DNA of 64,000 nt from an uncultured Treponema sp. (GCA_900317625.1 ONHK01000010.1:6039-70038), one strand, 5' to 3'. Shown: positions 1 to 10,505, numbered from the stretch's first letter. Numbers and translations: made by a program. The notes: generated by a model not told the origin, from the letters alone.

Positions 1-2
1 CG

Positions 3-53
3 GCTGTAAAATCGAAACGACTTGCGCTTAAATACCGCGAACTGATGAAATAG
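3..53 (+). CDS. 3' end of an upstream gene (partial, ...AVKSKRLALKYRELMK*)
   Basis: Open frame from the window edge to TAG at 51-53, followed by a terminator. Confidence 0.45.
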   Translation, partial: AVKSKRLALKYRELMK

Positions 54-81
54 AAATAGGTTGCTTTTGAAGCATTTGTTG

Positions 82-116
82 AAAGTGGATTTTTCTATGG
101 AAGAATCCACTTTTTT
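82..116 (+). terminator. Intrinsic terminator
   Basis: aaagtggattttt / aagaatccacttt stem followed by a T run. Confidence 0.7.
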
Positions 117-171
117 ATTTTTTTACAGAAAAATTTGAAACTTTTGTTATTTAGAATTATTTTTTAAATAT

Positions 172-903
172 ATGAAAAAAATTATGAAAGAGATTGACGC
201 TGCTGTTGAGCCGGATGAGATTACTGAAGCCATGGAAAAGGAAACGGATTTGCCTTCTGTGGTGAACAAGGGGCTTCAGAGCAACGAAGATTTCTATAAA
301 ATGGCGTTCCAGTTTCAGGAAATTATGATGATTTATGAAAGCGCCATAAAACAGCTGGAAACGAAACTTGAAATTTTGAACAAGGAATACAAGGTTACGG
401 GGCGCAGAAATCCGATTGAAACGATAAAATCCAGAATAAAATCACCGGACAGCATTGCGAAAAAACTTGAAAAAAAAGGTCTTTCTGTAAATTTTAAGAC
501 GATGACTGAAAATTTACAGGATATTGCAGGCGTTCGTGTTATTTGTCCTTATATTTCTGACATTTATAATGTAAAAGATATTTTACTTAAGCAACCTGAC
601 ATAAAGCTTGTTGAGCAAAAGGATTATATTGAAAATCCTAAGGCAAGCGGATATAGGAGTCTGCACCTTGTTGTTGAGATTCCTGTTTATCTTAGTCAGA
701 CTGAACATCGGGTTAAGGTTGAAATTCAGCTGCGGACAATTGCAATGGATTTTTGGGCAAGCCTTGAGCATGAGTTGAAATATAAAAACGAGCAGAAAAT
801 TCCAGATTCTGTTCGCCGTGAACTTTTTAGGGTTGCGGAAACAATTGCCATGACTGACCGTGAGATGGAAGAAATTGCAATTGAGCTGCAGGCTTTGGAT
901 TGA
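172..903 (+). CDS. Small alarmone ((p)ppGpp) synthetase, RelA/SpoT-domain (RelP/RelQ-like)
   Basis: SRIKS, DIAGVR, DYIENPKASGYRSLH and EIQLRT..MDFWASLEH motifs. Confidence 0.9.
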   Translation: MKKIMKEIDAAVEPDEITEAMEKETDLPSVVNKGLQSNEDFYKMAFQFQEIMMIYESAIKQLETKLEILNKEYKVTGRRNPIETIKSRIKSPDSIAKKLEKKGLSVNFKTMTENLQDIAGVRVICPYISDIYNVKDILLKQPDIKLVEQKDYIENPKASGYRSLHLVVEIPVYLSQTEHRVKVEIQLRTIAMDFWASLEHELKYKNEQKIPDSVRRELFRVAETIAMTDREMEEIAIELQALD

Positions 904-960
904 TTTTTGGTCAAAATTCTTTTGTTTCAACTTTTTTGAAAAATTCGCTATAATGAAACT

Positions 961-1608
961 ATGATAAAATTAGTTGCATTTCTTGGAAATTACGGAAAAG
1001 AATATGAAAAGACTCGGCACAATGTTGCGTGGCAGTTTGAGGATTCTTTGCCGTTTGCCGCAAGATTGAACTGGCAGAATAAATTTAAAGGCAATTTTTC
1101 AATGATTGAGCCGGAAACGCTTGCCGCATGGTGCGCGGAAGTTGGAATTCTTTCAAAAAAAGACGGTTCTGCTGTGATTGTTCCTCCTGAAATGGAAAAA
1201 ATCTTCTTTTTGAAGCCAGAAACTTATATGAACCTTTCTGGGGAAAGCATAATTGAAATCTGCAATTTTTATAAAATCAAGCCGGAAGAAACTCTTGTTG
1301 TGCATGATGAACTGGAACTTCCGCTTGGGACTGTAAGTTTAAAATGGAGCGGCGGACTTGGCGGGCATAATGGATTGCGCTCAACAAAGCAAGTTTTTGG
1401 AACGGCAGATTTTTGGCGTTTGCGCTTTGGGCTTTCAAAACCAACAAACCGTGATATTGCAGATTATGTTTTGGGTAAATTCACAGAAGATGAGCAGATT
1501 ATTTTGAGTCAAATTTTTCCTCAGGCTGCTGAATTGCTTGCGAAAGTCTTGTTCAGCAAAGAACCTTCCAAATTTTTGCAGGAATGGGGAAAGAAAAAAC
1601 TGATTTAA
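961..1608 (+). CDS. pth: Peptidyl-tRNA hydrolase
   Basis: GN.GKEYEKTRHN, KPETYMNLSG, VHDEL, GGHNGLRS. Confidence 0.95.
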   Translation: MIKLVAFLGNYGKEYEKTRHNVAWQFEDSLPFAARLNWQNKFKGNFSMIEPETLAAWCAEVGILSKKDGSAVIVPPEMEKIFFLKPETYMNLSGESIIEICNFYKIKPEETLVVHDELELPLGTVSLKWSGGLGGHNGLRSTKQVFGTADFWRLRFGLSKPTNRDIADYVLGKFTEDEQIILSQIFPQAAELLAKVLFSKEPSKFLQEWGKKKLI

Positions 1609-1609
1609 A

Positions 1610-1638
1610 TTGAAAACGCTTCGGATTTTTGTTATATT
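1610..1638 (+). promoter_or_regulatory. Sigma70-type promoter of the clpP operon
   Basis: TTGAAA-N17-TATATT with an extended TG. Confidence 0.6.
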
Positions 1639-1708
1639 TAAAGGGAACTTTAAATATTATCTTTTAAAGTTTTTTATCATAAATTTATTGTATTTTTTAG
1701 GATGTTAA

Positions 1709-2314
1709 ATGAAAGAAATTCGTTTTGACGAAGAAGAGGACGCAAAAAAGAAAGCACCGGAAATGCCAGATCCTCTTACAGAAAAATTTATTAAAACTCG
1801 CCAGATTATTCTTTCTGGAGAAATCAACAAAGATTTAGCTGAAAAAATTGTTCGTCAGCTATTGATTCTTGAGTCAGATGATGCGGAAAAACCTGTTTAT
1901 ATTTATATTGATTCACCTGGCGGTGATGTTGATGCAGGTTTTGCAATTTTTGACATGATTCGTTTTGTAAGTTGTCCGGTTTATCTTATTGGAATGGGGC
2001 TTATTGCCAGTGCGGCGGCTTTGATTCTTCTTGCTGTTGATAAGGAGCACCGCTTGGCTTTGCCAAATAGCCGTTATCTTATCCATCAGCCTTCTTCTGG
2101 AATGCGAGGTGTTGCAACTGACATTGAAATTCATGCAAAAGAAATGGAACGCACAAAGGCTGTTTTGAATAAAATAATTTCTGAACAGACAGGAAAATCA
2201 ATCGAGCAGGTTTCTGCGGACACAAACCGCGACTACTGGCTTAATTCTGAAGAATCTGTTGAATACGGTCTTGTTTCAAGGATTATAAATTCTCGAAAAG
2301 ATTTGGTAAAATAA
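1709..2314 (+). CDS. clpP: Clp protease proteolytic subunit
   Basis: YIDSPGG, catalytic Ser (IASAA), His (IHQP), Asp (RDYWL). Confidence 0.95.
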   Translation: MKEIRFDEEEDAKKKAPEMPDPLTEKFIKTRQIILSGEINKDLAEKIVRQLLILESDDAEKPVYIYIDSPGGDVDAGFAIFDMIRFVSCPVYLIGMGLIASAAALILLAVDKEHRLALPNSRYLIHQPSSGMRGVATDIEIHAKEMERTKAVLNKIISEQTGKSIEQVSADTNRDYWLNSEESVEYGLVSRIINSRKDLVK

Positions 2315-2317
2315 TTT

Positions 2318-3226
2318 ATGGTGTTTGCACTGACCGAAAGGCTTGCGGATGAAATTCTTCAGGCTTTGGAAAATCAGGAACAGAAATTTTTAGTTGACGC
2401 TCAAAATTCAATTCTGGTTTCTTCGGAAAATTTCAGTGCTGATGAAGACAGTTTTTTTAGTTTGCCCGAATGGAATTCTTCTGATGGCTTTGCGCTAATG
2501 GAAGACTTTGTAAGCACTTTGCATTCCCCGATTGCAAAAGATGAACTGCAGCAGATTCTCCATTCAGGAAGGGGGGTATTCAGAAATTTTAAGGATACAT
2601 TGAAAAAATATCCAGAAGTTGAAAAGCTTTGGCATAGGTTTAAGAATAGAAAAATGCGGCTTTACATCAACGGATGGTATAATCAGCTGCGAGAAATATG
2701 GGGCTTGGAAAAGTTAGACCATGAACCTGAAGAAACTGGTGATTTGATTCAGGATGACTTTAATTTTGAAAGTTATTCATCATCAAATCATGAAGAGGTT
2801 CTTTTCAATTTAAAAAATGCAGCATCAGGCGAGATTGAAAATTCGGCATCAGAAGAATTAAAGAGAGCTTTGTTTGATTTATGGATACAGCAGTTTGAAG
2901 AAGGCAACTTGCAGACTCAAATTGGAATTGTATGCCATTCAAATTCTGATGAATTTGCCGGATGCATTACAGCAAAGCCTGTATATGGGAAAACAAATTC
3001 CCGTGGAACAGATAAAATTGTAGTTTTGACAAGTTTTTATGTTCTTGAAAAATTTAGAGGTCTTGGTATTGGCAGTGAACTTTTAGAATTGTTCATTAAT
3101 ACTTTGAAAGACCAGAAAAAAAAATGGGTTTTGCTGACCAACACAATTATTCCTGATTCTTTGATGCCTTTGTTGATTAGAAACGGTTTTGAAAGAATGG
3201 GATCTGGTTTTGTAGCAAAACTTTAA
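2318..3226 (+). CDS. UPF0158-domain protein fused to a GNAT acetyltransferase
   Basis: N-terminal LPEW..SDGFALMEDF..GRGVFRNFKD; C-terminal FYVLEKFRGLGIGSELL acetyl-CoA motif. Confidence 0.75.
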   Translation: MVFALTERLADEILQALENQEQKFLVDAQNSILVSSENFSADEDSFFSLPEWNSSDGFALMEDFVSTLHSPIAKDELQQILHSGRGVFRNFKDTLKKYPEVEKLWHRFKNRKMRLYINGWYNQLREIWGLEKLDHEPEETGDLIQDDFNFESYSSSNHEEVLFNLKNAASGEIENSASEELKRALFDLWIQQFEEGNLQTQIGIVCHSNSDEFAGCITAKPVYGKTNSRGTDKIVVLTSFYVLEKFRGLGIGSELLELFINTLKDQKKKWVLLTNTIIPDSLMPLLIRNGFERMGSGFVAKL

Positions 3227-3252
3227 AATTTTTTGCTTAGGAGCAATTTATT

Positions 3253-3987
3253 ATGTATAACAGACGTGAATCAGAGATTGATATGAATTCAGTAGCTGCG
3301 TTCCTTCAGGATGCAGTTGATAAGGTTAAGACTCAGGAAAATCTTGATCTTCTTACGGAACTTAAAAAAGTTTTTAAGAAAAATGTTCCTCTTACACTTA
3401 GAAATTATGTTGCAGCGTATCTTGTAAAAGAAACTGTAAAGCACTTTCATGGAACTTATCGTTCGCGCAAAAACGATTTCCGTGATAATAAAAAAACTTT
3501 CCGCGAGCGAAATGTTCGTGATCAGAAACTTGCAGAAACGACTGCAGAAGAAAGACAGCCACGTCCGCGCGTGCAGATTGATCCAGAATTGGCTGCAACA
3601 ATTTTTATCAGTATTGGACGAAACCGCCGTGTATTCCCACGCGATTTGGTAGGACTTTTGGTTGGCGGAGCTGGTCTTGACCGCGACAGAATCGGTGATA
3701 TTCGTGTTTTGGCAAATTATTCATTTGTTCAGCTTTTTAAAGAAGATGCAGAAAAAGCAATTTCTGTTTTAAATGGTTATGATTACCGCGGAAGAAAACT
3801 TGCTGTAAGCTATAGCCGCACAAAAGATGACGAATTGGTTGATGATGATTCAGTTCCAATGTCAAATGGTTTGGATGAACAGGCTGCCGCAGAAGATGCC
3901 GCAGCATACGCAGCTGCAACAAAGGCTTCTGGAAATGAGGCGTTTGGCGCTCCTCACGTAGAACCTTCTGACGATACAGGAATGTAA
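3253..3987 (+). CDS. Stand-alone DbpA-type RNA-binding domain protein
   Basis: IFISIGR..VFPRDLVG..IGDIRVLANYSFV; no helicase core. Confidence 0.8.
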   Translation: MYNRRESEIDMNSVAAFLQDAVDKVKTQENLDLLTELKKVFKKNVPLTLRNYVAAYLVKETVKHFHGTYRSRKNDFRDNKKTFRERNVRDQKLAETTAEERQPRPRVQIDPELAATIFISIGRNRRVFPRDLVGLLVGGAGLDRDRIGDIRVLANYSFVQLFKEDAEKAISVLNGYDYRGRKLAVSYSRTKDDELVDDDSVPMSNGLDEQAAAEDAAAYAAATKASGNEAFGAPHVEPSDDTGM

Positions 3988-3995
3988 TTTTTTTG

Positions 3996-4028
3996 CTGCC
4001 ATTTCTTTTTTGAAATGGCAGTTTTTTT
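3996..4028 (+). terminator. Intrinsic terminator
   Basis: ctgccatttc / gaaatggcag stem followed by T7. Confidence 0.65.
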
Positions 4029-4033
4029 ATCTT

Positions 4034-4720
4034 ATGAATATTTCAGTTTTAAATACAGGTCCTTTTGGCATAAATACTTGGATTATTGAACTTTGTAAGA
4101 ATAAAGCTCTTGTTTTTGATCCGGCGGCTTGCAGATTTACAAGAGATTCTCAGAAAATTATAGATTTTTTGAAAGAAAAAAATCTTGAGCCGGTTGCATT
4201 TCTTTTGACTCATGGACATTTTGACCATATTACAGGAACTGGAATCTGCAAATCTTTTTACCCGGAAGTTCCTCTTCTAATCCACAATGAGGATTCGGTG
4301 ATGATTGGAAAAAATGCCGCCGAGGTTCAGAAATTTCAGCTTGAATCTATGGGACTTGAAAAACTTTTGCCTGCGCTGGAAGGGCTTCCTGATGCGGATG
4401 TTGCTTTTAGTGGCGAGCCAGTTTTGTCTTCAATTATAAAAACTGATGATTTGGAACTGAATAATGCGCTTTCTGACTGGAAAATTTTGCACACGCCAGG
4501 GCATACAAAAGGCTCTGTCTGTTATTATAACGAAAAAGAAAAAATTCTTGTTACCGGCGATACTATTTTTTATCACAGTTGGGGGCGTACGGATTTTCCA
4601 GGTGGAAGTGAATCTGAAATGATGAAATCTTTGGAGCGAATTTATTCAACTTTGCCACAGGATGTTCAGGTTTTTCCGGGGCACGAGTATGCAGGCTTTT
4701 TGCTTACTGAAAACCGATGA
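4034..4720 (+). CDS. MBL-fold metallo-hydrolase (glyoxalase II-like)
   Basis: THGHFDH, HTPGHT, GDT, PGH; ATG at 4034 preferred over TTG at 4010. Confidence 0.9.
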   Translation: MNISVLNTGPFGINTWIIELCKNKALVFDPAACRFTRDSQKIIDFLKEKNLEPVAFLLTHGHFDHITGTGICKSFYPEVPLLIHNEDSVMIGKNAAEVQKFQLESMGLEKLLPALEGLPDADVAFSGEPVLSSIIKTDDLELNNALSDWKILHTPGHTKGSVCYYNEKEKILVTGDTIFYHSWGRTDFPGGSESEMMKSLERIYSTLPQDVQVFPGHEYAGFLLTENR

Positions 4721-4761
4721 TTTGGAGCAACTTTTTAGTTACGATTTTATTTGTTTTTTTC

Positions 4762-5427
4762 TTAAAAGCCGTAAAATGATTCTGGATGGTAAGGTATAAA
4801 TTCTAGTTGCTGATTGTATTCAATTCTGTAGAAAATTGAATTTATATATTTTTTCGCGATTTCAAGGATTGCAAAACTTGGAAAACTTCTGTGCCGCGGA
4901 GATGAAATGCTTCCTGGATTCATGATGTATGTTGTTCCCGGAAATTCTGTTGGAACATGAGTGTGCCCGAAAACTACAGCATTTGCTCCATAAACTTTTG
5001 CCGTTGCTTCCAGTGTTGAAAAATCATAATAAACGCCTTCTGAATGTCCGTGGCTTACAAGAATTGTTCTGTTTCCGGCTTTGAGTGTGACTTTTTGAGG
5101 AACAATTATTTTTTTTTCAGAATCTGTTAAAAAAGAAGCGGGATCGTTGTTTCCTTTTGCGAATGCAATGACCGGCGGAAGCCATTTTTCCACTGAAATA
5201 TGATTTTTTGCTTTTTCAATAACGTAAAAAAGGTCAAAAATTCCGTCGCCGGCAAAAATTATTGCGTTGACTTGCGAACCAAAATTCTTCACTATTTTTA
5301 AAAGAATTTCTGCCGCACCGTGGCTATCCGAAATTACAAGAATTTTTGAGTTTTCTTTTTTTTCAAGATGTTCCAAATCTTTTTTTGTTGCAAGGATTCC
5401 GTTTTCAAGTTGAGAAAGATTGAGCAT
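4762..5427 (-). CDS. YfcE/YsnB-family metallophosphoesterase
   Basis: SDSHG, AGD, GNND, HGH, GHTH, NPGS. Confidence 0.9.
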   Translation of the reverse strand: MLNLSQLENGILATKKDLEHLEKKENSKILVISDSHGAAEILLKIVKNFGSQVNAIIFAGDGIFDLFYVIEKAKNHISVEKWLPPVIAFAKGNNDPASFLTDSEKKIIVPQKVTLKAGNRTILVSHGHSEGVYYDFSTLEATAKVYGANAVVFGHTHVPTEFPGTTYIMNPGSISSPRHRSFPSFAILEIAKKYINSIFYRIEYNQQLEFIPYHPESFYGF

Positions 5428-5430
5428 CGT

Positions 5431-6195
5431 CTAGTCCAGTACAAAATGGTTTATTGGAATCAGTCCTGTTTCAGAATCAACATATCTTGAAATTTTTGTA
5501 TCGCCTGCAATCATTTTTGCAATATTGAAAATTTTTGCGTCTTTTTCAAATGGAGCATCAGCAATTTCTGCAAGGAAAACGGCTTTTTCAATTATTGAGG
5601 AAGCTTCTTCTGAAAATTCCTGCTCTGATTCGGCTTCAAGAATTCCATTCAGCTGCGCTTTTTGTTTTTTGTCCAAAACGATGTCAGAAGTGTATTCTGT
5701 TCCCAAAATATCATCCTGACTAAAAAGCGAAATAACCGGAAATGGAAGTTTTCCGTCATATTCGTCCTGAAGCCGCGTTATTGCCCGGTAAGTTCCTTCC
5801 GGCGCGCCAAGAATAACAAGCCCGGAAACATCTTTATCATCCAGAATATTTGCAAGATTTGTTGTATAAGTCCGGCTTCCGTGTTTGAAATCATCTGGAA
5901 ACACAAGGGCAATCAAATTTCCGTCTTCATTTGCATTTCCATATTTTTGAAAAAGCTGATTTTTTGTCTTTTCAACAAATTCTGCGTCATTGTAACCGTA
6001 ACCAAAAAAAACAACGATATTTTTATTGGATTTGTGCCAGGTTTGCGTTGGAAGTTCAAGTTCTTTTGCATTTTCCTGGGCTTCATATAAATTTATAAGG
6101 CTTGAGGCAGAAAAATTGTATTCAGTTTGTTTTCCGCACGATGAAATAAAAAAAACTGCGGCAGCAATAAAAATGCAGACAAATAATTTTTTCAT
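5431..6195 (-). CDS. Hypothetical lipoprotein
   Basis: MKKLF signal peptide with ISSC lipobox. Confidence 0.7.
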   Translation of the reverse strand: MKKLFVCIFIAAAVFFISSCGKQTEYNFSASSLINLYEAQENAKELELPTQTWHKSNKNIVVFFGYGYNDAEFVEKTKNQLFQKYGNANEDGNLIALVFPDDFKHGSRTYTTNLANILDDKDVSGLVILGAPEGTYRAITRLQDEYDGKLPFPVISLFSQDDILGTEYTSDIVLDKKQKAQLNGILEAESEQEFSEEASSIIEKAVFLAEIADAPFEKDAKIFNIAKMIAGDTKISRYVDSETGLIPINHFVLD

Positions 6196-6312
6196 AATTC
6201 CCACTTTACGGAAAAGTTTAACAGTTCTTATAAAAAAAATATAGTTCTTTCAAAAATTTTACCTTCAGATTTTGATAGATTTTTATTGCTTGATTGCGAT
6301 ATACTTAGCGAT

Positions 6313-7254
6313 ATGTGTTTTCTTGTTATTAAGCAACTTTTGATAATGTTTTTGATTGCGGCGAGCGGATTTGTTGTTACAAGACAATTTAAATTCGGCG
6401 AGCTGGAGCAACAGTTTGTTTCTAAAATTCTTATTTATTTTGTAAATCCGATTTTGGTTTTCAGCCGGTTTGATATGGATTTTGACACTGAAAATCTGCG
6501 GAATTTTGGAATTGTCCTTGTCTTGGCGATTGTTATTCATTTTGTAATGGTTGCAGTCGCTCTTGTTTTTTGCCGCTCAAAATCTGATGAAGATAAGGAG
6601 CTTGATCAAATTGATAAATTGAATGTTGTTTTTACAAATTGCGCTTTTATTGGAATTCCTTTGATTGATGGAATTTTCCCGGATACGAACGCGGTTTTTT
6701 ATTTGCTTCCGTTTATTGTGGTTTTCAATGTTTTTCTCTGGGTTTTTGGTTATGGAATTTTCTGTGGCCGTGTGAATATAAAAAAACTTATTCTGAATCC
6801 AAATATAATTGCGGTTGTCGCAGGATTTTTGCTTTTCTGCTGTCCATTCAGGCTTCATGACGTGATTGCTATTCCGCTTAAACAGATTTCTGGAATGAAT
6901 ACCGCGCTTGCAATGTTTCTTTTAGGAATGCTTTTTGCTAATTTCCACGGATTTAAAAAATCTTATATCATGCATATTGTAAAACTTTGCATTCTTCGTT
7001 TTGTTGTGGTTCTGATTTTTGTTTTTGCGGTTGTTTTTGCCGCGTCAAGAATTTTCAGCTATATTCAGGATATTCGTCTGATTTGTTATGTAACTTATAT
7101 TGCGGCTCTTTGCCCTGTTGCCATGAGCGTTTCTAGCTTTGCGGTTCTTTTTAACAAGGATGAATCTTATGCGGGATTAAGCGTGCTTGCGACTTCTTTG
7201 TTCTGCGTTATTTCCTTGCCGTTGAGCGTGGCTCTTGCGGAATGTTTTTTCTAG
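6313..7254 (+). CDS. AEC (auxin efflux carrier-like) family transporter
   Basis: About 10 TM segments, FTNCAFIGIPL, NPNIIA; start uncertain. Confidence 0.85.
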   Translation: MCFLVIKQLLIMFLIAASGFVVTRQFKFGELEQQFVSKILIYFVNPILVFSRFDMDFDTENLRNFGIVLVLAIVIHFVMVAVALVFCRSKSDEDKELDQIDKLNVVFTNCAFIGIPLIDGIFPDTNAVFYLLPFIVVFNVFLWVFGYGIFCGRVNIKKLILNPNIIAVVAGFLLFCCPFRLHDVIAIPLKQISGMNTALAMFLLGMLFANFHGFKKSYIMHIVKLCILRFVVVLIFVFAVVFAASRIFSYIQDIRLICYVTYIAALCPVAMSVSSFAVLFNKDESYAGLSVLATSLFCVISLPLSVALAECFF

Positions 7255-7268
7255 CCTGAAAGAACTGA

Positions 7269-7886
7269 ATGAAGAAAAGGTGCTTTTTTCAGATTATTTT
7301 TTTAGTTTTTTTCTCGTTGGCATTTGCAAAAAAAAGTGATATTCAATTTTCGGCTGGACTGCTTTTTTCCGATTACGATTATGCAGTTTCCAGCTATAAA
7401 TTTACTGGTTCTGGCTTTCAGGGCGTTGATTTTTCTTTGTCGAATTTCAATTTTTTTGATAAGGAAAATCATATTGGAACTTTTGAGAAAATTTCTTTTC
7501 AAGCCGGGGAACAGTTTTGCCTGGAATTTCTAGTTGGCTCTGGTTTTGGCGTAAAAGTCAATGAATTCTTAAGGATTCAGGCTGCTCCGTTTCTTGGGTT
7601 TGGCTTGGAAATTGAAAATGACCAGAATCTTTCTGAAAAATACAAAAAATCATTTAAAACTTCATCTTCTGCGGACGAATATAAATTTTCTTTTGGTGCA
7701 GGAACAAGTGTTTATTTCATTCTTTTTCAAAACTGTAAATTTTCTTCGGTTTTGGGTGCGGATTTTTCATTCAGTTTTTTGTGCCGCGATTTTATCCGTG
7801 TTGACAATTCAAATTATTATCTTGATTACAAAAATTATTCGGCTCTAAAATTTCAGCCATTTTTGGGAATCTCATATAATTTTTAG
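7269..7886 (+). CDS. Putative outer-membrane beta-barrel protein
   Basis: Signal peptide, amphipathic strands, C-terminal GISYNF. Confidence 0.6.
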   Translation: MKKRCFFQIIFLVFFSLAFAKKSDIQFSAGLLFSDYDYAVSSYKFTGSGFQGVDFSLSNFNFFDKENHIGTFEKISFQAGEQFCLEFLVGSGFGVKVNEFLRIQAAPFLGFGLEIENDQNLSEKYKKSFKTSSSADEYKFSFGAGTSVYFILFQNCKFSSVLGADFSFSFLCRDFIRVDNSNYYLDYKNYSALKFQPFLGISYNF

Positions 7887-7951
7887 GATTTTGCGGAAAT
7901 TCCCCGGATATTTTTACGCAATATTTTTGAAAAATACTGTATAATTTTTGT

Positions 7952-9751
7952 ATGAGTAATAAAATTCCAAAACGTTCAGAAGTCCCGGCGGCAGATAAAT
8001 GGGACTTGTCTTCAATTTATAAATCAAATGATGAATGGGAATCGGCTTTGAGCGAACTTCCTGTGCTTACAGAAAAAGTTCTTCAATACAAGGGAAAACT
8101 TGGAGAAAATTCAAGAACTTTGCTTTCTGCGTTACAAGCCTTGGAGCAGGCGGAGTTAAAACTGGAAACAGTTTATCATTACGCAAGTCTTCAGCACGAG
8201 GCGGATGAAGATGACAGCGAGGCTGCTGACCGTGAAGGTCGGGCGATGATGGCTTATACAAAAATGCAGTCTGAAATAAGTTTTATGGATCCAGAATTGC
8301 TTTCGATTCCAGAAGAAACTTTAAAATCCTGGATTTCTTTGCCGGAATTTAAGGATTATAAGATTTATGTTGAAAAACTTCTGCATTTTAACAAATACAC
8401 TTTGAGCGAAAAAGAAGAAAGAATTCTTTCGCTTCAGGCGCAACCTGCGGAAACTGCGTACAATGCTTTTAGCGTGCTTGAAAATGTTGATTTGAACAAG
8501 CAGTTTGGTTCGGTAAATATTAATGGTGAAGAAATGCCATTGACGCAGACAACTTTTACAACATTGTTAAAGAATCAAGACAGAAAAGTCCGCGAGGCAA
8601 CTTATAAGCAGTTTTACAAAAAATTTGAAGATTTTCAGAATGTAATTTCCGCGCTGTATGCCGGCAACGTAAATCAGGATGTTTTTCGGGTACGCGCACG
8701 AGGTTATGATTCTTCGCTTCAGGCTGCCTTGTATGGAAATAAAGTTCCGCTCAGCGTTTACCATAATCTGATTGATTGTGTCCACAAAAATTTGGGAACT
8801 TTGCACGAATACTATTCTTTGCGGAAAAAAATTATGGTGCTGGATGAGCTTCGTCATTATGATGTTTACGTTCCTCTGGTAAAATCAGTGAAAATGCATC
8901 ATTCTTATGATGAATCTGTTGAAATTGTCCGCAATGCGCTTGCTCCTTTGGGAAAAGAATACACGGACCGGCTTTGTGATGGTTTAAAAAACGGTTGGGT
9001 TGACCGTTATGAAAATGTCGGAAAACGCAGCGGAGCTTTTTCTAGCGGTTCTTATATTGGAAATCCGTATATTCTTTTGAATTATGACGAAAATGACATC
9101 CGGGATGTATTTACAATGGCGCACGAAGGAGGTCATTCAATGCACAGCTGGTATTCTGTTCACAATAATCCGTTCCTTTCTTATGATTACACAATTTTTG
9201 AGGCGGAAGTTGCTTCTACATTCAATGAGGAGCTTGTTTTTGAATATCTTTTGAAAAATGCAAAAACTGAAGATGAGAAAAAATACCTTCTTGCAATGCG
9301 TGCTGATGATATTCTTGCGACTTTGTACCGACAGACAATGTTTGCGGAGTTTGAGTTAAAAGCTCATAAATTTGTTGAGAACGGAACTCCTCTTACAGCA
9401 AAACTTTTGCGCAAAACTTACCGTGGACTTCTGGAATTATATTTTGGTCCGGAAATGCATTTTGAAGAAAACAGTGATATGGAAGGTTTGCGGATTCCTC
9501 ATTTTTATAATGCGTTCTATGTTTATAAATATGCGACAGGAATTTCGGCTGCGTTGGCTTTGGCAAAGCGGGTAACGTCCGGTGGCGAAAAAGAGCGTGA
9601 AGATTACTTTAGATTCTTGAAGTCAGGTGGAAGCCGTTATCCTATTGAAAGTTTGCGTGTTGCCGGTGTTGATATGGAAAGTTCAGAACCTGTTCAGGCT
9701 ACTTGTGATACATTTAAAGAAATTGTAGAAGAATTAAAGAAATTGTTCTAA
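7952..9751 (+). CDS. pepF: Oligoendopeptidase F (M3B)
   Basis: KWDLSSIY, GKRSGAF, HEGGH zinc motif, AEVAS, HFY. Confidence 0.95.
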   Translation: MSNKIPKRSEVPAADKWDLSSIYKSNDEWESALSELPVLTEKVLQYKGKLGENSRTLLSALQALEQAELKLETVYHYASLQHEADEDDSEAADREGRAMMAYTKMQSEISFMDPELLSIPEETLKSWISLPEFKDYKIYVEKLLHFNKYTLSEKEERILSLQAQPAETAYNAFSVLENVDLNKQFGSVNINGEEMPLTQTTFTTLLKNQDRKVREATYKQFYKKFEDFQNVISALYAGNVNQDVFRVRARGYDSSLQAALYGNKVPLSVYHNLIDCVHKNLGTLHEYYSLRKKIMVLDELRHYDVYVPLVKSVKMHHSYDESVEIVRNALAPLGKEYTDRLCDGLKNGWVDRYENVGKRSGAFSSGSYIGNPYILLNYDENDIRDVFTMAHEGGHSMHSWYSVHNNPFLSYDYTIFEAEVASTFNEELVFEYLLKNAKTEDEKKYLLAMRADDILATLYRQTMFAEFELKAHKFVENGTPLTAKLLRKTYRGLLELYFGPEMHFEENSDMEGLRIPHFYNAFYVYKYATGISAALALAKRVTSGGEKEREDYFRFLKSGGSRYPIESLRVAGVDMESSEPVQATCDTFKEIVEELKKLF

Positions 9752-9752
9752 A

Positions 9753-9803
9753 AAAAAGGTTTCTGCAATTTGAAATTTTATTCATCTTTGCAGAAACCTT
9801 TTT
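9753..9803. terminator. Bidirectional terminator
   Basis: aaaaaggtttctgcaa / ttgcagaaaccttttt between convergent genes. Confidence 0.75.
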
Positions 9804-9812
9804 AGGTTATTT

Positions 9813-10505
9813 TTATTTAGAACCGTAAGCTTCGTATTTTTTTGAAGGTGAATATGTGCCTTCTCGGTATTCGCCAGTCAAGCTAGGAATTTTCATTTTC
9901 ATTCCTGGCATAATGAGATTTGGATTATTTGGCTGCGGAATATTATTTTTGTTTTCCTGGTAAAGGTTTTCCCAAAGCAAAGGATTGTTGTAGACATAAG
10001 GACGGCCGGAAATATTCCAGAAGCAGTCTTTTGTTTCTGCCCAAGGTCTTACAATATAATATTCAGGAAGAGGAGTTACTTCGTAAACTCCATCCAATGC
10101 GGCAATCGCTTGCTTTGCGTAATCTTGAGTTGCGGCGTAATCTTCTTTTCCAAATGAAGACTCTGCATTTCCGTAAGCTTCTTTTGCGGCTGTATATGCC
10201 ATCGGGAATGTTTTTTCACAACCGATTCCTTCTGCCCATTTTATTTTGTTTTCCGCAAGTTTTAATTGTTGCTCCGCATTGTAGCGAGCCATCATCGAAT
10301 CAATGTAAGCCTGTGAAAGTGCTGCGTTTTCGGCAGCCTTTTTTGAATATTCAACAGCGTCATCATACTGACCAGCATCAAATGCGATATGTGCTTTCTT
10401 TTCATATTCGTCAGCAAGTTTCTGATATGTGTTGTTTTTGTAGCTAACAGCAAAAATTGATGCGGCTGCAATCAAGAATGCTGTGGCAGCAATGATTTTT
10501 TTCAT
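9813..10505 (-). CDS. Exported helical protein with a C-terminal LysM-like domain
   Basis: Signal peptide; YIVRPW..KDCFWNIS..LYQEN..NPNLIMPGMKMKIP. Confidence 0.75.
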   Translation of the reverse strand: MKKIIAATAFLIAAASIFAVSYKNNTYQKLADEYEKKAHIAFDAGQYDDAVEYSKKAAENAALSQAYIDSMMARYNAEQQLKLAENKIKWAEGIGCEKTFPMAYTAAKEAYGNAESSFGKEDYAATQDYAKQAIAALDGVYEVTPLPEYYIVRPWAETKDCFWNISGRPYVYNNPLLWENLYQENKNNIPQPNNPNLIMPGMKMKIPSLTGEYREGTYSPSKKYEAYGSK

